Source of the DNA: Lama guanicoe
Taxonomy: Eukaryota
NCBI GenBank assembly: GCA_013239625.1
Contig: MU054391.1
Location: 6,469,824-6,533,823 of the forward strand
Reading direction: 5' to 3'
Length of the DNA: 64,000 nt
In this document: positions 38,870 to 51,549 of the stretch, one piece after another
How positions within the stretch are numbered: position 1 is the stretch's first letter
Layout: every line of letters begins with the position of its first letter
The notes under the pieces: generated by a model
Seen by the model: only the letters and a program-made list of their open reading frames with translations
Databases searched by the model: none
What the model was told of the DNA's origin: nothing
Translations under genes and position numbers: made by a program

Positions 38870-40124
38870 TCCCGGCAGACTTCGCTCACTTGCACACCCA
38901 ATGGGAGGCAGCCGGGTAGAGGCTCCCCGTTTGGGTTTTGGCGGGGGCGGGGCAAGCAGCGGAAGGAGGGACTTGCGGGGGGCGGGGTTGACCAGCCTCT
39001 CCTATCCCCCGTGGCCATCACGTACTCACAGTCGGTCGTGGATTTTCCGTACTTTAGTGGAGTGCAGTGTTTGGCCTGTCTCTCGGCTGCTTGGGATTCT
39101 CTTTCCTCGCTTGCCTCAAATGAGCCCCTTTTCAGCCCTCACTCATCCCTTGCTTCCCCCCAATCCCTACCTTTATCCTCTTTGTCCCTAGGGAGGATGT
39201 TTCTTTGGGTCCTCAGTGCATCTATGGCCTTATTAAATGACATAGTAATTTGTCTAGTGACCGAACGAGTTTTCAGTCGTAAAACACTTGCTAAGCACAT
39301 ACTATTTTGTTGAATTACTTTTAAAGTTCCCATGAGCAGGGCACGAGGCCGGTTTTTCACAGGCCCCGTTCCCTATAGAAGCCCTGTGGGTTTCATCGCT
39401 CTTCACTTACACGGATGCTTGCTAGCCCCAGGAGGGACCCTACCAGTAAGTTCCCATGGTCATATGTTTTGTTAAACTTGCAAAAGTGAAATAGTTTAAG
39501 CGTAACAGGCTAAGACTGCGGTTTCCACTCTAATTCCCTCTTATGTTTAAAGTGGACTTGAGCATTTTGTTTTTGTAATATTAATGTATTAGTAGTGGTT
39601 TATTTCCCTGCAGTGCTTAATGCATAAAACAGCTCTGATTCTGGGCATAGTGGGACCCAGAAGGGGTGGAGACTGGTAGGGCTTCCTGGAGGAAGTGGCA
39701 CTAGAGCTGAGTCTGGAAGGTGTGCCAGGCGAACAGAGGAGGAAGTCATTCCAGGCACAGGGAGCACAGGGAGCGAAGAGGGCACAGTGGGGTGAACGGA
39801 TGCCATGAGGAGGAAGCTGTGGCAAATGCCAGATGACAGGTGGACCTGGGGGGCTGTGTGACACGGTGAGACATTAAGATCATGTGTAGACTGAGCTATG
39901 TAGAGTCCTGATTTTTGATTCCGTAAGAGCTCCTTGAGTTTATTGATGCTGCTGTAGAAGCTCGGATTTGGTGCATCAGGGTAAATTTTAGGGAAAACCC
40001 TACAAACTCAGAGGCTTATACCCTAATGGTTTGTTTCTTGCTCTCACTGGGGAGCAGCTGAAAGCTGCTGTGGTAAGTCAGGGACTCTGGGTCCTCCTGT
40101 CTTATAGCGCCATGGTTTTCTAAA

Positions 40125-40357
40125 ACATACACTTTCAACGTGGGAAATATTGCCCCCAAGGGGGCAAAATTGGTTCTTGGGGCAGTAGGATGAGGAAATC
40201 TTGGATATTACGAGGGCCACAGTGCATACACAGATATACAGTATATCTCGTGTTTTTCAAATTTCCTGGGAGAAAATAAATTAGGAGAAGTCTAAAAAAA
40301 TCTCCTTTGGCGATGTGGGGGGGGTGTGATAATGAAAAACAAAGCTGAGAAACACTG
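40125..40357 (-). mobile_element. MER112-like hAT element
   Basis: atattgcccccaagggggcaaaattggttcttgggg...gataatgaaaaa...tgagaaacactg. Confidence 0.65.
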
Positions 40358-40365
40358 TTCTAGAA

Positions 40366-40824
40366 CTGGGGTCTCCAGTACAAATATAATGTGAGCCACA
40401 ACCACACGTAGAATTGAAAAATTTCTAGTAGCCACATTAAGAAAAGTATAAAGAGATTAATTTTAATAATATAGTTTAACCTAAAATATCCCAAATGTTA
40501 TCATTTCAACATGTAATCATGTAAAATTGATTAATGAAGAAAAAAATGAGGGGAAGGTATAGCTCAGTGGTAGAGCAAATGCTTAGTATGCACAAGATCC
40601 TGGGTTCAATCCCCAGTACCGCCATTAAATAAATAAATAATTTACCTAATTACCTACCCACCCCCCAAAATTAAAAGATTTGAAAAAAATGATTAATGAG
40701 CTATTTACATTCTTTTTTTCATACCTTTGAAACCCAGTGTATATTTTATGCTTAGAGCCCATCTAAAGTTAGATGACCATATTTCAAGTGATTAATAGCT
40801 ACATGTAGCTACTGGACTGCACAG
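40366..40824 (+). mobile_element. MER33 (hAT-Charlie) with a nested SINE
   Basis: MER33-like body; 8-bp hAT TSD ttctagaa at 40358-40365 and 40825-40832. Confidence 0.8.
40548..40689 (+). mobile_element. Vic-1-like SINE nested in MER33
   Basis: Full A/B boxes and tail; TSD tgattaatga on both sides. Confidence 0.85.
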
Positions 40825-41681
40825 TTCTAGAACCTCTTAGAGTCCTTGTTGGTTCTTCTGTGTTCGACTGACTGAAGACTGACCGAAGAGCAAAGAGAGA
40901 ATGAGGAACATTGCACAGGTGGTTTTGGTAGCATCCTTCCACTCACATCCGTTGGCCGGAAGCCAGCCACGTGGCCCCAGTTTAACTGAAAGGGAGGCTG
41001 GGAAATACTCTTCTGTGTCAAAGAGGAGGAGTTGGATTGGTTAGGATCAAGAAAATCTGCTGTAGTCCCCCCTCTGGCCTCCATGTATCCATGTTACTCT
41101 TCTTCCACGTGGAACAGACTTAGTCCCTCCCCGAGGGGGCTGACCCAACGTCCATCACGGTACCCAGCTCAAAGTCCTGGGTGTCTGGCTGATGTGCGGA
41201 CCCCCTAGGTCAGGATGTGAATCCTCATGGTATAAAGCTCATGAATTAAAAAGAAGAGCTATCCTCCCCACCTCCAAACTCTCAATGTACAATATTGGAG
41301 CAGGACAGGAGAATCATAATAAATGCTCCCTTTCAGAAAGGAGACTAGTAAGAGATACCCCGAGGTCCCTGGTTCAGGGCAACTCTGAAACCCTGATGGG
41401 TGGACGTGGTAAGGCTCCCACTGGAGAAAGGTGGTTCTTCAGTTAGGTTCCAAGTCTGCCCTCTGGGAGGATCTCTGAGGCCCCCTCCACCCTCCAGGAG
41501 GCTTCTGGTAATTAGTCTCCTGCCCACATCTGAAGTGGGGGCTGGGAGCCTGCTCTCCTAGGGGGCTGCCCCGCCTTCAAAGCCTGCCTCTTGCCGGTGG
41601 AACATTGGGAGTCCAAGGGCTCTTTTGTCTGTTTTGTACATTTTATTTTGCTTTAAGTAAACTTTGTATTAAAATATAACA

Positions 41682-42059
41682 TGCTTATGGACTGAGTTGT
41701 GTCTTTCCCAAATCCATAATATTGAAGCCTTAATCTCCAATGACTGTATTTGGAGACAGGACCTTTAGAGGGGTTAAGTTAAGTGAGGTCATAAGGGCAG
41801 GGCTCTAATCCAGTAGGTCCGGTGTTCTTATAAGAAGAGGGAGAGACACCAGGGATGTGCACACGGAGGAAAGGCCATGTGAGGACACAGCATGAAGGTG
41901 GCCATCCGCAAGCCAGGGAGAGAGTCTTCGGGAGAAACCAACCCTGCCAGCACCTTGAACTTGGACTTCCAGCATCCAGAACTGTGAGACAATAAATATC
42001 TGTGGCTTAAGCCCCCCATTCTGTGGTACTTTGTCATGGCAGCCTGAGCAGGATAATAT
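41682..42059 (+). mobile_element. MLT1A-type MaLR solo LTR
   Basis: tgcttatggactgagttgtgtc...ttggacttccagcatccagaactgtgagacaataaat...gcagcctgagcag. Confidence 0.8.
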
Positions 42060-43736
42060 GAACACAAGCTAAAATAAAAAAGATCACGAATCTTTAAGGG
42101 TAACAGCTCCTTGACCCTTTCATAAAGTAAACACCCCATGTAACCAGCACCCCAGGAAAGCCTCTTACACCCCTTCAAAAGATAACTAATCCTAGATATC
42201 ATCCTAGATTAGTCTTGCCCACTTTCCGCTTTATGCAAGTGTAATCAGTCAGGAGGTACTATTTCGCATCTGGCTGCTTTCATTCAGAGCTGTGTTGTGA
42301 GTTTCATCCGTGTTATGGCTGGTTGTACCCCGCTGTGTAAACAGGCCACGGTGGACGTGTTCTCCTCTTGATGGACACTTGGGTGGTTTCCACGTCACAT
42401 CGACAGCTTGACCCAGTGAGATATTTGAAAGATCAGACGCACATTTTCCTGTCAATGCCAGAAACTATTTTCAAGGTGTTGCTGAGCATTCGTTTATGTT
42501 ACAGTTTAAATTTCATCTCCAACAAATATCTCACAACCACAAACTATTTAGTAGGCCTGGAGTCACTTAGTAGGTACAACTCAGAACAAAAGTATTATAT
42601 TCATTTATGACAAAAAGAATCAGCTCGTCTGTGGCGTGGGGTATGTCAGCGCTTCCCCCAGCTGTGCCCTGAAGGCCAAGTGCGTCCTAGGTGTTGTGGG
42701 AACGCAGAGAACACTGGTTCTGCCAACAAACACCAGCTCCAGGCCATTGTTGCTGGAAAAGACAGAAGGGACAGTAATAATATTTTCTGAAGTACAGCAG
42801 CTCCTCTTGTTGGTCTGCCTTCAGAGGCTTGATCACTGACCAGAGAAGGGTAAAACAGATGATTTAAGGAGCAAGAAAAGACTGTCCAGAGACCCTGGTT
42901 TTTTTTTTTTTTCCCTAGGACAATGAGCAGACTTGGTAACTCAAATGCCCACCATGCTCCGTATAGTTAATAATAATTATTCTAATAATAAATGAATAAC
43001 AGACAATGACTTTCTTTGTGCTGCCCCCAGAATTTGTTTTCAGTGGGGGTGGGGATGGTGATGAATGAACTGGGTGTTTCTTTTCCTTTCATTTCCTTAG
43101 AACTTCCAGCCCCCGATTCTGGGTTATCTGATTGCTGCTTGTCTGCCCAGTGTCCCTCACCCCCGAGTTCCTGCAGCCCCTCCTACAGCACTTCCTGTAG
43201 GAGAGGAAGGCCGTGGGGCGAGGAGAATCAGTGCCTCTGGGGGACATTCTCACGTGTGTTACATTTGCTCAGAAGTGAATGAAATGAAAGCCTGGAGGAA
43301 GGAACTGGAGTCGCATCTCACCTTCCCTCTCCTGACACCAGGGGAGGGTCCTACCAGTCAGGGAAAGAGGAGGAAGTTTCTCCAGGGAGAGGGCATGGCG
43401 GGAGCAAAGGCACAGGGTCTGGAAAGTATGTGGCCTTCACTCTCAGCTGCTGGTTTTTTCCTGAAAACTACACACACACGTCTTATAATCACACTACACA
43501 TCTGTTGCTTCCTAGAGATCTGGCGTAAAGCAAGCACATGACATTCATTAACTTAGAAATCTGTGCCCAAACAACTCTACCCACCTTTTTCATCCTTTAG
43601 GGATTTGCTTACATTTCAAGTCTTCAGAGGCCTTTCCTGACCCCACCTTCTAAAGTTGTCACCATCTTCTATCTTCAAAGCCAGTCTTTTTCATGTCACA
43701 CCTCTCTGCTCTCTCCCCTCCCCATCTTCCACTTTT

Positions 43737-43826
43737 TTTTTAAAAAAAATGGAGGTGCTAGGGATTGAACCCAGGACATTGTGCATGCTAAGCACGTGCT
43801 CTACCACTGAGCTATAACCCTCCCCA
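43737..43826 (-). mobile_element. Vic-1-like SINE nested in an MLT1 LTR
   Basis: Reverse SINE head; 19-bp TSD ctccccatctt(c/t)actttt at 43718-43736 and 43827-43845. Confidence 0.85.
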
Positions 43827-44610
43827 CTCCCCATCTTCTACTTTTAAGGACCCTTGTGATCACAGAGCCCATCCAGATAATCCAGGATAATCTCCTTATG
43901 TTCAGGTCAGCTGATCAGCAATGCTTAATTCCATCAGCAAACCGAATTTTCCTTTGCCATGTAACGTAGCATATTCACCTGTTCTGGGGGTAGGGACAGG
44001 GACATTTTAGGGGACCCTTTATCCAGCCTGCTTTAGTGATTATGTCAATTTGAAATAATTTGTTGGCTTCCTTTGTCTTATTTGTGAAGTCTGTGAGGGC
44101 AGTGAGGCCCGCAGTGAATACGTGCAGCATGAAGGAATAATAACCCTGAACAAGGCAGGCATTCTCATGCCTCTTTTATATCTAAGAAGAGGTTCAGAGA
44201 GGAGAAAAAAACTATGTGCCTCTGAGTCTTTCAATTTATAAATTTGTTATCTTAATAAATATTTTTAAAAGTCTTCAAAAAAAAAAGATCCTGCAATAGT
44301 CAGGATGGGTTAGGTAATGCTGCAGTAATGAATGATCCTCATCTCAGTGGCTTAAAACAATGAAGGTTTATTTCTCACTCATCCTACCTGTCTGTCAGGG
44401 GTCGTCCCCAGGTCTGCTCCACATCAGCTTCACCCTGGGGCCCAGGTGATGGGGCAGCTCTCTCAGGAACGGCGCTGTTCTCACAGCAGAGGGGAGAGGG
44501 GCCTCTGGCACAATCACACACAGGCTCTTAAATCTTCTGTTCGGGAGACACCTCACTCACTTCCACTTACGTCTATTGGACCAAGCAGGACACGTGCCAA
44601 CTAGTGGGGA

Positions 44611-44961
44611 TGGCATTCGTTTCCTAGAGCCGCCATAACAAAACACCATAGACCGAGTGGCTTAAACAACAGAGATTCATTGTCTCACAGTTCTGGAGGC
44701 TGAAGTCCAAGATCAAGGTGTCACAGTGTTGGTTTCTCCTGAAGCCTCTCTGCTTGGCTTGTAGAAAGGCCACCTTCTCGCTGTGTCTTTTCATGGCCTT
44801 TCCTCATATAAGGATACCAGTCTTACTGGATTAGGACCCCACCCTTATGACCTCATGTAACCTTAATTAACCCTTTAAAGGCCCTGTCTCCAAATACGGT
44901 CACATTGGGGGTTTGGGCTTCAACATATGAATTTTGAGGGGACACAGTTCAGTTGGCAACA
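44611..44961 (-). mobile_element. MLT1A-type MaLR LTR
   Basis: gccgccataacaaaacaccatagac...cacagttctggaggctgaagtccaagatcaaggtg...gggcttcaacatatgaatttt. Confidence 0.8.
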
Positions 44962-45744
44962 GCAATGCATCATTTTTTCGTAGGGAGGAGCATCATGGGG
45001 AGTGTGAGTGGAAAATTTGGCAGAAAATGTACAAAGTCCACTGCAGATCCTCACCGGCTTCTGCAGCTCCACAGTCCAACACGGAGCCCAGGCTAGTCTC
45101 CTGCAACTGGTCATGAGCTCACCGAGGAGGGAGGCTCGGCTTGGTCCTCTTTCATCCTGGCCAGGGACCCACAAGCGTCATGTCAGTGTCTTCCCCCAAA
45201 TGGATGCACCATTATCATTTTACTGTTAGGATAATTAGCACCCCTTGATAATAGTGGCTAACCTTCAGGGAGCGTTCTCCCGGGGTCAGATGCTATATGA
45301 AGTGTTTTCCATGGATTGTCTTGTTACAGCCTGGCTGTCATCCGGTGATGATTTCACAGTCATGGCCCTGTTTTCCGCAGAGGACACTGACGTCAGGGAG
45401 GTTGAGGACCATGCCTGAGGGCACACAGGTGGTAAGAGAAGCAGGAGAGACCCCTGCCAACTTTGGCTGCCTCCAGGCCAGGCACTTCACTCCAAGCTGT
45501 CCTGGGGTTCCTGGCTGCTCTCAGGGGTGTCTCCTTGCCTGGGCCCAGCCCTCATGGCCCGCCACGACTGGCTTCTCTCTGGAGCCCCAGCCTCAACTCT
45601 GGTCTCCCCAGTCATCCATTCTACTCCCAGTTCCCAGAACTCTCACGTTGTCCTGACACTGTATGTACTGCTGGCTCTGCTGGGAGCATCCTTCTCCCCT
45701 CACTGTTCTTTAATTAGTTCCATGCATCTTTCCAAACTCAGGAC

Positions 45745-46520
45745 AAATGTTATTCTTCACTTCACATCCATTAGGATGACTATTGTGGAAAAAAAACCAG
45801 GAAATAATGAGAGTTGGCAAAAATGTGGATAAACTGGAATCTTTGTACACTTCTGGTGGGAATGTAAAATGCTTTAGTTGCTACCCGAAACAGTATAACA
45901 GCTCCTCAAAAAGTTAAACATAACATTACCATGTGATCCAGCAATTCTCACTCCTAGGTATGTACCCCAAAGAATAGAAAGCAGAGTCTCAAACAGATAC
46001 ACCAGTGTTCTTAAACACTGTAACCAACGTTCACTACAGCATTATTCTCAGTAGTCAAAAGGTGGAAATGACCCAAGTGTCCATGGATGGTTGAATGAAT
46101 AAATAGAAAGTGGTACATCCATGCAATGGAATATTATTCAATCTTCTAAAGTAATAAAATTTGGATACATGCTACAGTATGGATGAATCTTAAGAGCATA
46201 TATACTAACATACCTACAGTATATTGTGTGTACTAAATAAGCCAGACACAAAAGGACCAATTGTATGATTCCATTTGTATGAAGTATGTAAATTAGTCAA
46301 ATCCATAAAGACAGAAAGTAGAGTAGAGGTTTCCAGAGGCTGGAGGAGGAGTAATGGGAGTTAATGGGTACAGAGATTTTTGTTTGGAGTGTTGAAAAAG
46401 TTCTGGAGGTGGATGATGGTGATGGTTGCATGACAGTGTGAGTGTCCTTCATGCCACTGTATTGTGTACTTCAAATGGTCAATTTTATTTTATGTGTATG
46501 TTACCGCCATCATCAAATAA
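45745..46520 (+). mobile_element. Old L1 (L1MB-like) ORF2 end / 3' UTR fragment
   Basis: ggtgggaatgtaaaatg...catgcaatggaatattattca...gatggttgcatgacagtgtg motifs. Confidence 0.85.
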
Positions 46521-47680
46521 GCACAAAGAGAAGTCAGTCTTCTGAGCCCCACTGTGCCAGAGGCTTGTCTGGATCAGACCAGTATAACGTATCATTTTCT
46601 TCTCTGGCCTCTCTGCTGGCCAAGTGCTCCCTGGGGCCTGTGGCTGCGCCTCAGACAGTACCTGGCATAATGACATCGCTAATATGTGTTTTATTTTAAT
46701 AAAAAAAGAAATGAGTGACCCACATCCCTGGTACGGGCTTTAGGAGCAGCAGGCTCATGGAAGGGAACACATCTGGGGGATGTCCATGTTCATTCCACAG
46801 CCCAGGAGGACAGCCAGTGCCTTGCAGTATTTAGCAGGGAGTGATGGTTTTTCCCTGTGTTTCTCCAAGAGGAGCAGGCAAATTGGAACAGAGACCACCT
46901 GGTCATGGAGGGCCATCTTTTTTTAAGGGCCCCATCTCAGCAGCATTGCTGCCCCAGCACATCAGACCTGGAGATGCTGGTGTCAGCTCTCCACCTGGAA
47001 GACGACAGACCCCATCATCATCGCCTTGTGGAAGCAGCGATGGGCCCAGGTGCTCCCAGGGGCGGAAGAAGGGCGGTGTCCTTGAACTGGGAGAGAAGGG
47101 ACGTGAGGGGCCCTCTGCAGGTGAGAGAAATGAAATTCCTACATCTGGGGAGAAGAACAAATTTCTAGGCCTAGAGGAAAAGGACCTCACTGTAATTCAG
47201 TTGGCGAAGCAGCATATTTCAGGGGAAAATGTGAAAAGAAAAAAATGCTTAGAGAAAAGTGTGTGAAGTGCAGGAGCACATACTCTTTAATAACGTGGGT
47301 GTCGGTGGGACCGTTTAACAGCCTTTCTTATGAATGTAACACCATTCATTTAACCGGTTCTCTGTTGTCAGCTATTTTGTTGGTTCCTTTGTTTGTTTTG
47401 CTATTATAAGTGAAGCTGCACTGACCACGGCACTCGGCACTTGTTATGAGAACTTTGACAGAAGCAATGAGTGGCTCAAGCTGGCTTAACCAGAGTAAGG
47501 GCCCCGTCAGTTAAGGGGGGCATCTCACAGAGCCCAAGGGCAGGGATGGAGCTGGTCTTCTGGAAGAGACTGGAAGCAGAGAGTGACCATCCTTGACTGA
47601 CACGCTCACTCACTCACGCCTGATCTCTTAGTGCGTGTGCTTCCTTCTTCTGTTGGGTTCACATGGCGGAGGATGGCCCC

Positions 47681-48118
47681 TGTGCTGGTCACTAGGGCCG
47701 CCATAACAAAGTACCACAAATTCCAGACAACAGAAATTGGCCGTTTCATAGTTTGGAGGCTCAAAGTCCGAAATCCCGGCGTCAGCAGGGTGGTGATCTC
47801 TCTGAGACCTGTGGGGGACCCCTCCTTGCCTCTTCTGGGTCTGATTGTTTCCTGGCAACCCTTGGTGTTCCCAGGCTCACAGAAGCATCTCCAGTTTCTG
47901 CCTCCATCATCCCATGACGTTCTTCCTGTTCATCTGTGTCTCTTCTTAAAAGGATGCCAGTCATGTTGGATTAAGGGCCCACCCTTCTCCAGTATGACCT
48001 CATCTTAACTAATGACATCTGCAAAGACCCTCTTCCTAAATAAGATCACTTTCTAAGGTACTTGGTTTGAATTTCAACATACTTTTTTTGGGGGGGGGAT
48101 ACAATTCAACCCAAAACA
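47681..48118 (-). mobile_element. MLT1C-type MaLR LTR
   Basis: gggccgccataacaaagtaccacaaa...tgacctcatcttaactaatgacatctgcaaagaccct...caattcaacccaaaaca. Confidence 0.8.
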
Positions 48119-49122
48119 GCCACAGCACAGCTCTTAAGTTTTGACATATTCCCCACTTAATGGGGCAGCCAAGAACGAACACAAATTTACAAGCCAAATT
48201 CCAACTTCCTGGAGACAGAATCCTGATCAGTGTAGGTTATATGCCCAGTGGCATCAATGCTGCCCATGGGATGGCGAAGCATGGTGCAGAGACGCCCCTG
48301 GGGACTGAGGGAGAAGGGCGGCATCCAGAGAAGAAGATAGGCCATTGGTGTACACCACACACATTTTGGAATATAGGGTTTTTTTTTTTTAATTGCAGGC
48401 TTCACTCACTGAATCATGAGCCCTTCCACCTTCCAATGTTTTATTATTAAAAATTTCAGACGTATATAAAAATGCCAAAAGAATTTTCCAGTGAAGACTT
48501 AAATACCCACCCAAGTGGTACAGTCATGTTTCACTGTGTTTGCTGCACCTCACAACTGCTCACCCGTCTGTGATTATTTTAAGGCTCTGGATTTACACGG
48601 CCAAATTGTCTTCTAGATACCCTCAGTCAAGTTCCAGTTCTATCCGTAGTACATGGAAGTGCTTACAACAGCTCATTACTAAAGTTCTCAAAGGGATAAA
48701 CTTCCAAGTATGGGAATTTCACAGGTGAGGTAGATGTTTAAGGACTTAGAAAGAAATTTTAAAATAAATTTTATTTGGAAACAATTTTAAACTCACAGAG
48801 AAGTTGCAAGAATAAAAATAGCATAGAGAGTCCCCAAATACTGTTTTCCCCAAATCATCTGTTAGGACCCTTTTACCCCATTTGCTTTGTAACTTGTTCT
48901 CTTTGTATGTATGTATGTGTGTGTGTGGTTATTCTCTTACACAACCAAACCACAATTATCAACTTTAGTCAATGTAACAGTGATACAATATTTGATCTAA
49001 TATACCATTTTGTTAGTTGGTCCATTAAGGTCCCTTTTTGAAAAAAAAAATCCCCCTACCCTTTTAATGGGCTCCACTCTAGAGTGACGTATTTAATTAA
49101 GTCATGATTTCTCTTGAACCTC

Positions 49123-49189
49123 TTTTTTTTTTTAATCTCGTTGACTCTTTAATGAACCAGCAAAGCTCTGTTCCTCTCCTCACCCAGAA
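49123..49189 (-). pseudogene. Ultra-short retrocopy of an unidentified polyadenylated RNA 3' end
   Basis: 17-bp perfect TSD tctcttgaacctctttt (49110-49126, 49190-49206), poly(T) tract, ATTAAA on -. Confidence 0.75.
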
Positions 49190-50277
49190 TCTCTTGAACC
49201 TCTTTTAATCTGGACTATTTCCATGATTTTTTCTTTGCCTTTAATGGCATCAACATTTTGAAGAAATGCAGTCCTTCTGACCCACTTTGTTCTGAGGCAG
49301 CCTTCCCCGTTTGGGCTTTTCTGTTTTCTTGTGATTAGAGTCAAGTCACATATTCTTGGCAGGATGACTGCCTCAGTGACGGGGGCTTTTTTCTCTCAGG
49401 AATTCTTTTTGTCCCATCCATTTCACTCCCCAAGATCACAGAGGGTGAGGTTTTACGTCACAGAGTTAGATGTCACAGGGTTGCGGAAGGCTTCAGCAGA
49501 TCTTGAATTCAACCTTCTATTTTATGGGGGCAGGAATGGAAGTGACCAGCAAGGGAGAGAGGTCACGTGAGTGACCTCAGTCCCAGGACACTTCTGGGCT
49601 TGTGCGTGGCCCGTCACAGACTTTTAGAAAATGTACTCATTCGACTTAGTTAATGGCAGATCAAAGACTAGAACCCAAGTTCCCTGAGTGTCAGATTCAT
49701 GCTCTTTCCCCTAGACCTTGCTGCCTCCACCCAGACTGCTTCGCCTTTCCAACCCTTCATGCTGGAAGCTCTCCGCTGATGTTCATGAGGGATAAAACTC
49801 ACTAATGCAAACACACGTCACGCAACTTCAGGCTGCTGGGCGTCCCTCTGCTTTTCCCTGCTGCTCAGGAAGCCCACATGGTTTTTCATGAGTGACAGCA
49901 ATGCCACTAAGAGACCACTTCAGTGCCCTTGGGACGTACAACAATGATTGGAAGAAACCGGAGTCTGGGGTGATCATGAAGATCAGTGCTGTCCCCGCTG
50001 TTACTTTGGAGACAAAGAAGACTCTACAGCTTTAAGCCGTTGCATTTTGAAATCATTTGTCACTACAGTGTAGCTTTGCTTTGACTAACACAGGGCTTAA
50101 TGTCTCACGGTGTAGATTTGGGGCCAACATACAGGTGGAGAGGACGGGGGCAGACCCCTCCAGGGGACACCGGCATCTTCCTAGGGATGCTCCTCTCTGG
50201 ATTTCCCCTTCATTCCAAGGCTCAGAATATAGCAGAGCAGGGTCTTGTTCTCAGTAAGGATAAGTGGGGAGAGGCTT

Positions 50278-50730
50278 TTTTTTTTAATTGTAGTAAAATA
50301 TATACAACGTAAAATTTCCCATTTTAACCATTTTTAGGTGTACAGTTCCACGGCATTCACATTGTTTCACCATCACCACCATCCACCTCCAGAACTTTCT
50401 CATCTTCCCAAACTGAGACTGTAAACTCATTAAATAACAAATCCCATTCCCCTCTCCTCCCAGCCCCTGGCAACCACCCTTCTGCTCTCTGTCCTGTGAA
50501 TCTGGGTACCTCCTACAGTGGGATCACACGTACATTTGGCCTTTTGTGTCTGGCTTATTTCACTTAGCATAATGTCTTCAAGGTCCGTCCATGTTGTAGC
50601 CTGTGTCGAAATTTCCTTCCTTTTCAAGGCTGAATAATATTCCATTGCATGTATAGACCACAGTTTGTTTGTCCATCCATCCTTCCACCTGTGGGCACTG
50701 GAGTTGCTTCCATCTTTGGGCTGTTGTGAA
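50278..50730 (-). mobile_element. L1 (L1MA/MB-like) 3' fragment
   Basis: tgtgtctggcttatttcacttagcataatgtcttcaaggtccgtccatgttgtagc...gctgaataatattccattg. Confidence 0.85.
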
Positions 50731-51549
50731 TTGGATGGAGTGTTCACTCTAACAGTTTCCTCTGCTTATCAGGTACATTGGCCATGGTGGTGGTTGGACT
50801 TTTCCTTGACAGGGATTGGTCCAGAGAAGCAGATTGGGCTGAAAGGGAGACAGAAGAGGAGAGTGAGGTGGGGAAATGGGAAAACCATAATTGAACATTC
50901 ACTGTATGTAGGCGGTGTGCTGGTACTCACACAGGTGAGCCTGTAAAACACTGGCCGATCAGCAAAGACCTGCAGAGCTGAAAACCCGTGATCCCTAAAG
51001 GCACAGGCTGCCGGAAGCTTTGCTGTTTGAGATCAGCACAGCAAGGATGGAACATCCCTGTCTCTCCTGGAGGGTCTGAGTCACTGTGACACTGAGAAGC
51101 AGCCTGGATTTCCAACCCAGGGCCTTCCTGAGTACAACAGAACCCATTTACCTCAACCTGGTAGTTTCCAAGGAACTTGGACCCTGAGTTCACTTGTAGC
51201 TCTGGTTGTACATCATACACAGCCCTGTTTTGCTCTGAGCCCATTGAAACACGGCTTCATTTACATCTTACCCAAACTCTACCCTTCTCCCAAATCCTGC
51301 AGTCATCCCACTTCTCCCTTTGATGAGAGCTCTCCCAGGTTCTCTGAAGTGCCCTCACCCTGTCCCGCTGCAGGAAGCCACTGTGCCTAACTTTGCTCAT
51401 CTGCCGCTGTGCCCCTGGTGGTCTTTGTGGGAAGGGCTGTAGCACATATTTTGCTTTGTTTAATCCTCACACAGGCCCTGCAAGTGGGAGATCACAGTTC
51501 TTGTTTCACAGAAGAAGAAACTGCAGGCCAAAGATTCTCTATGTGGCAG

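Larger units (their letters stand above)
38230..39060. promoter_or_regulatory. PDIA6: CpG island / TATA-less promoter of PDIA6 with GC boxes and CCAAT boxes
   Basis: Very high GC and CpG density around exon 1; GGGGCGGG boxes near 38823, 38944 and 38979; CCAAT at 38898-38902. Confidence 0.9.

Noticed and set aside
38181..39191. 336-aa + strand ORF, and the overlapping 227-aa and 136-aa ORFs
   Set aside because: Pro/Arg/Gly/Ala-rich frames that stay open because the CpG island is poor in stop codons; no recognisable domain; antisense to PDIA6 exon 1.
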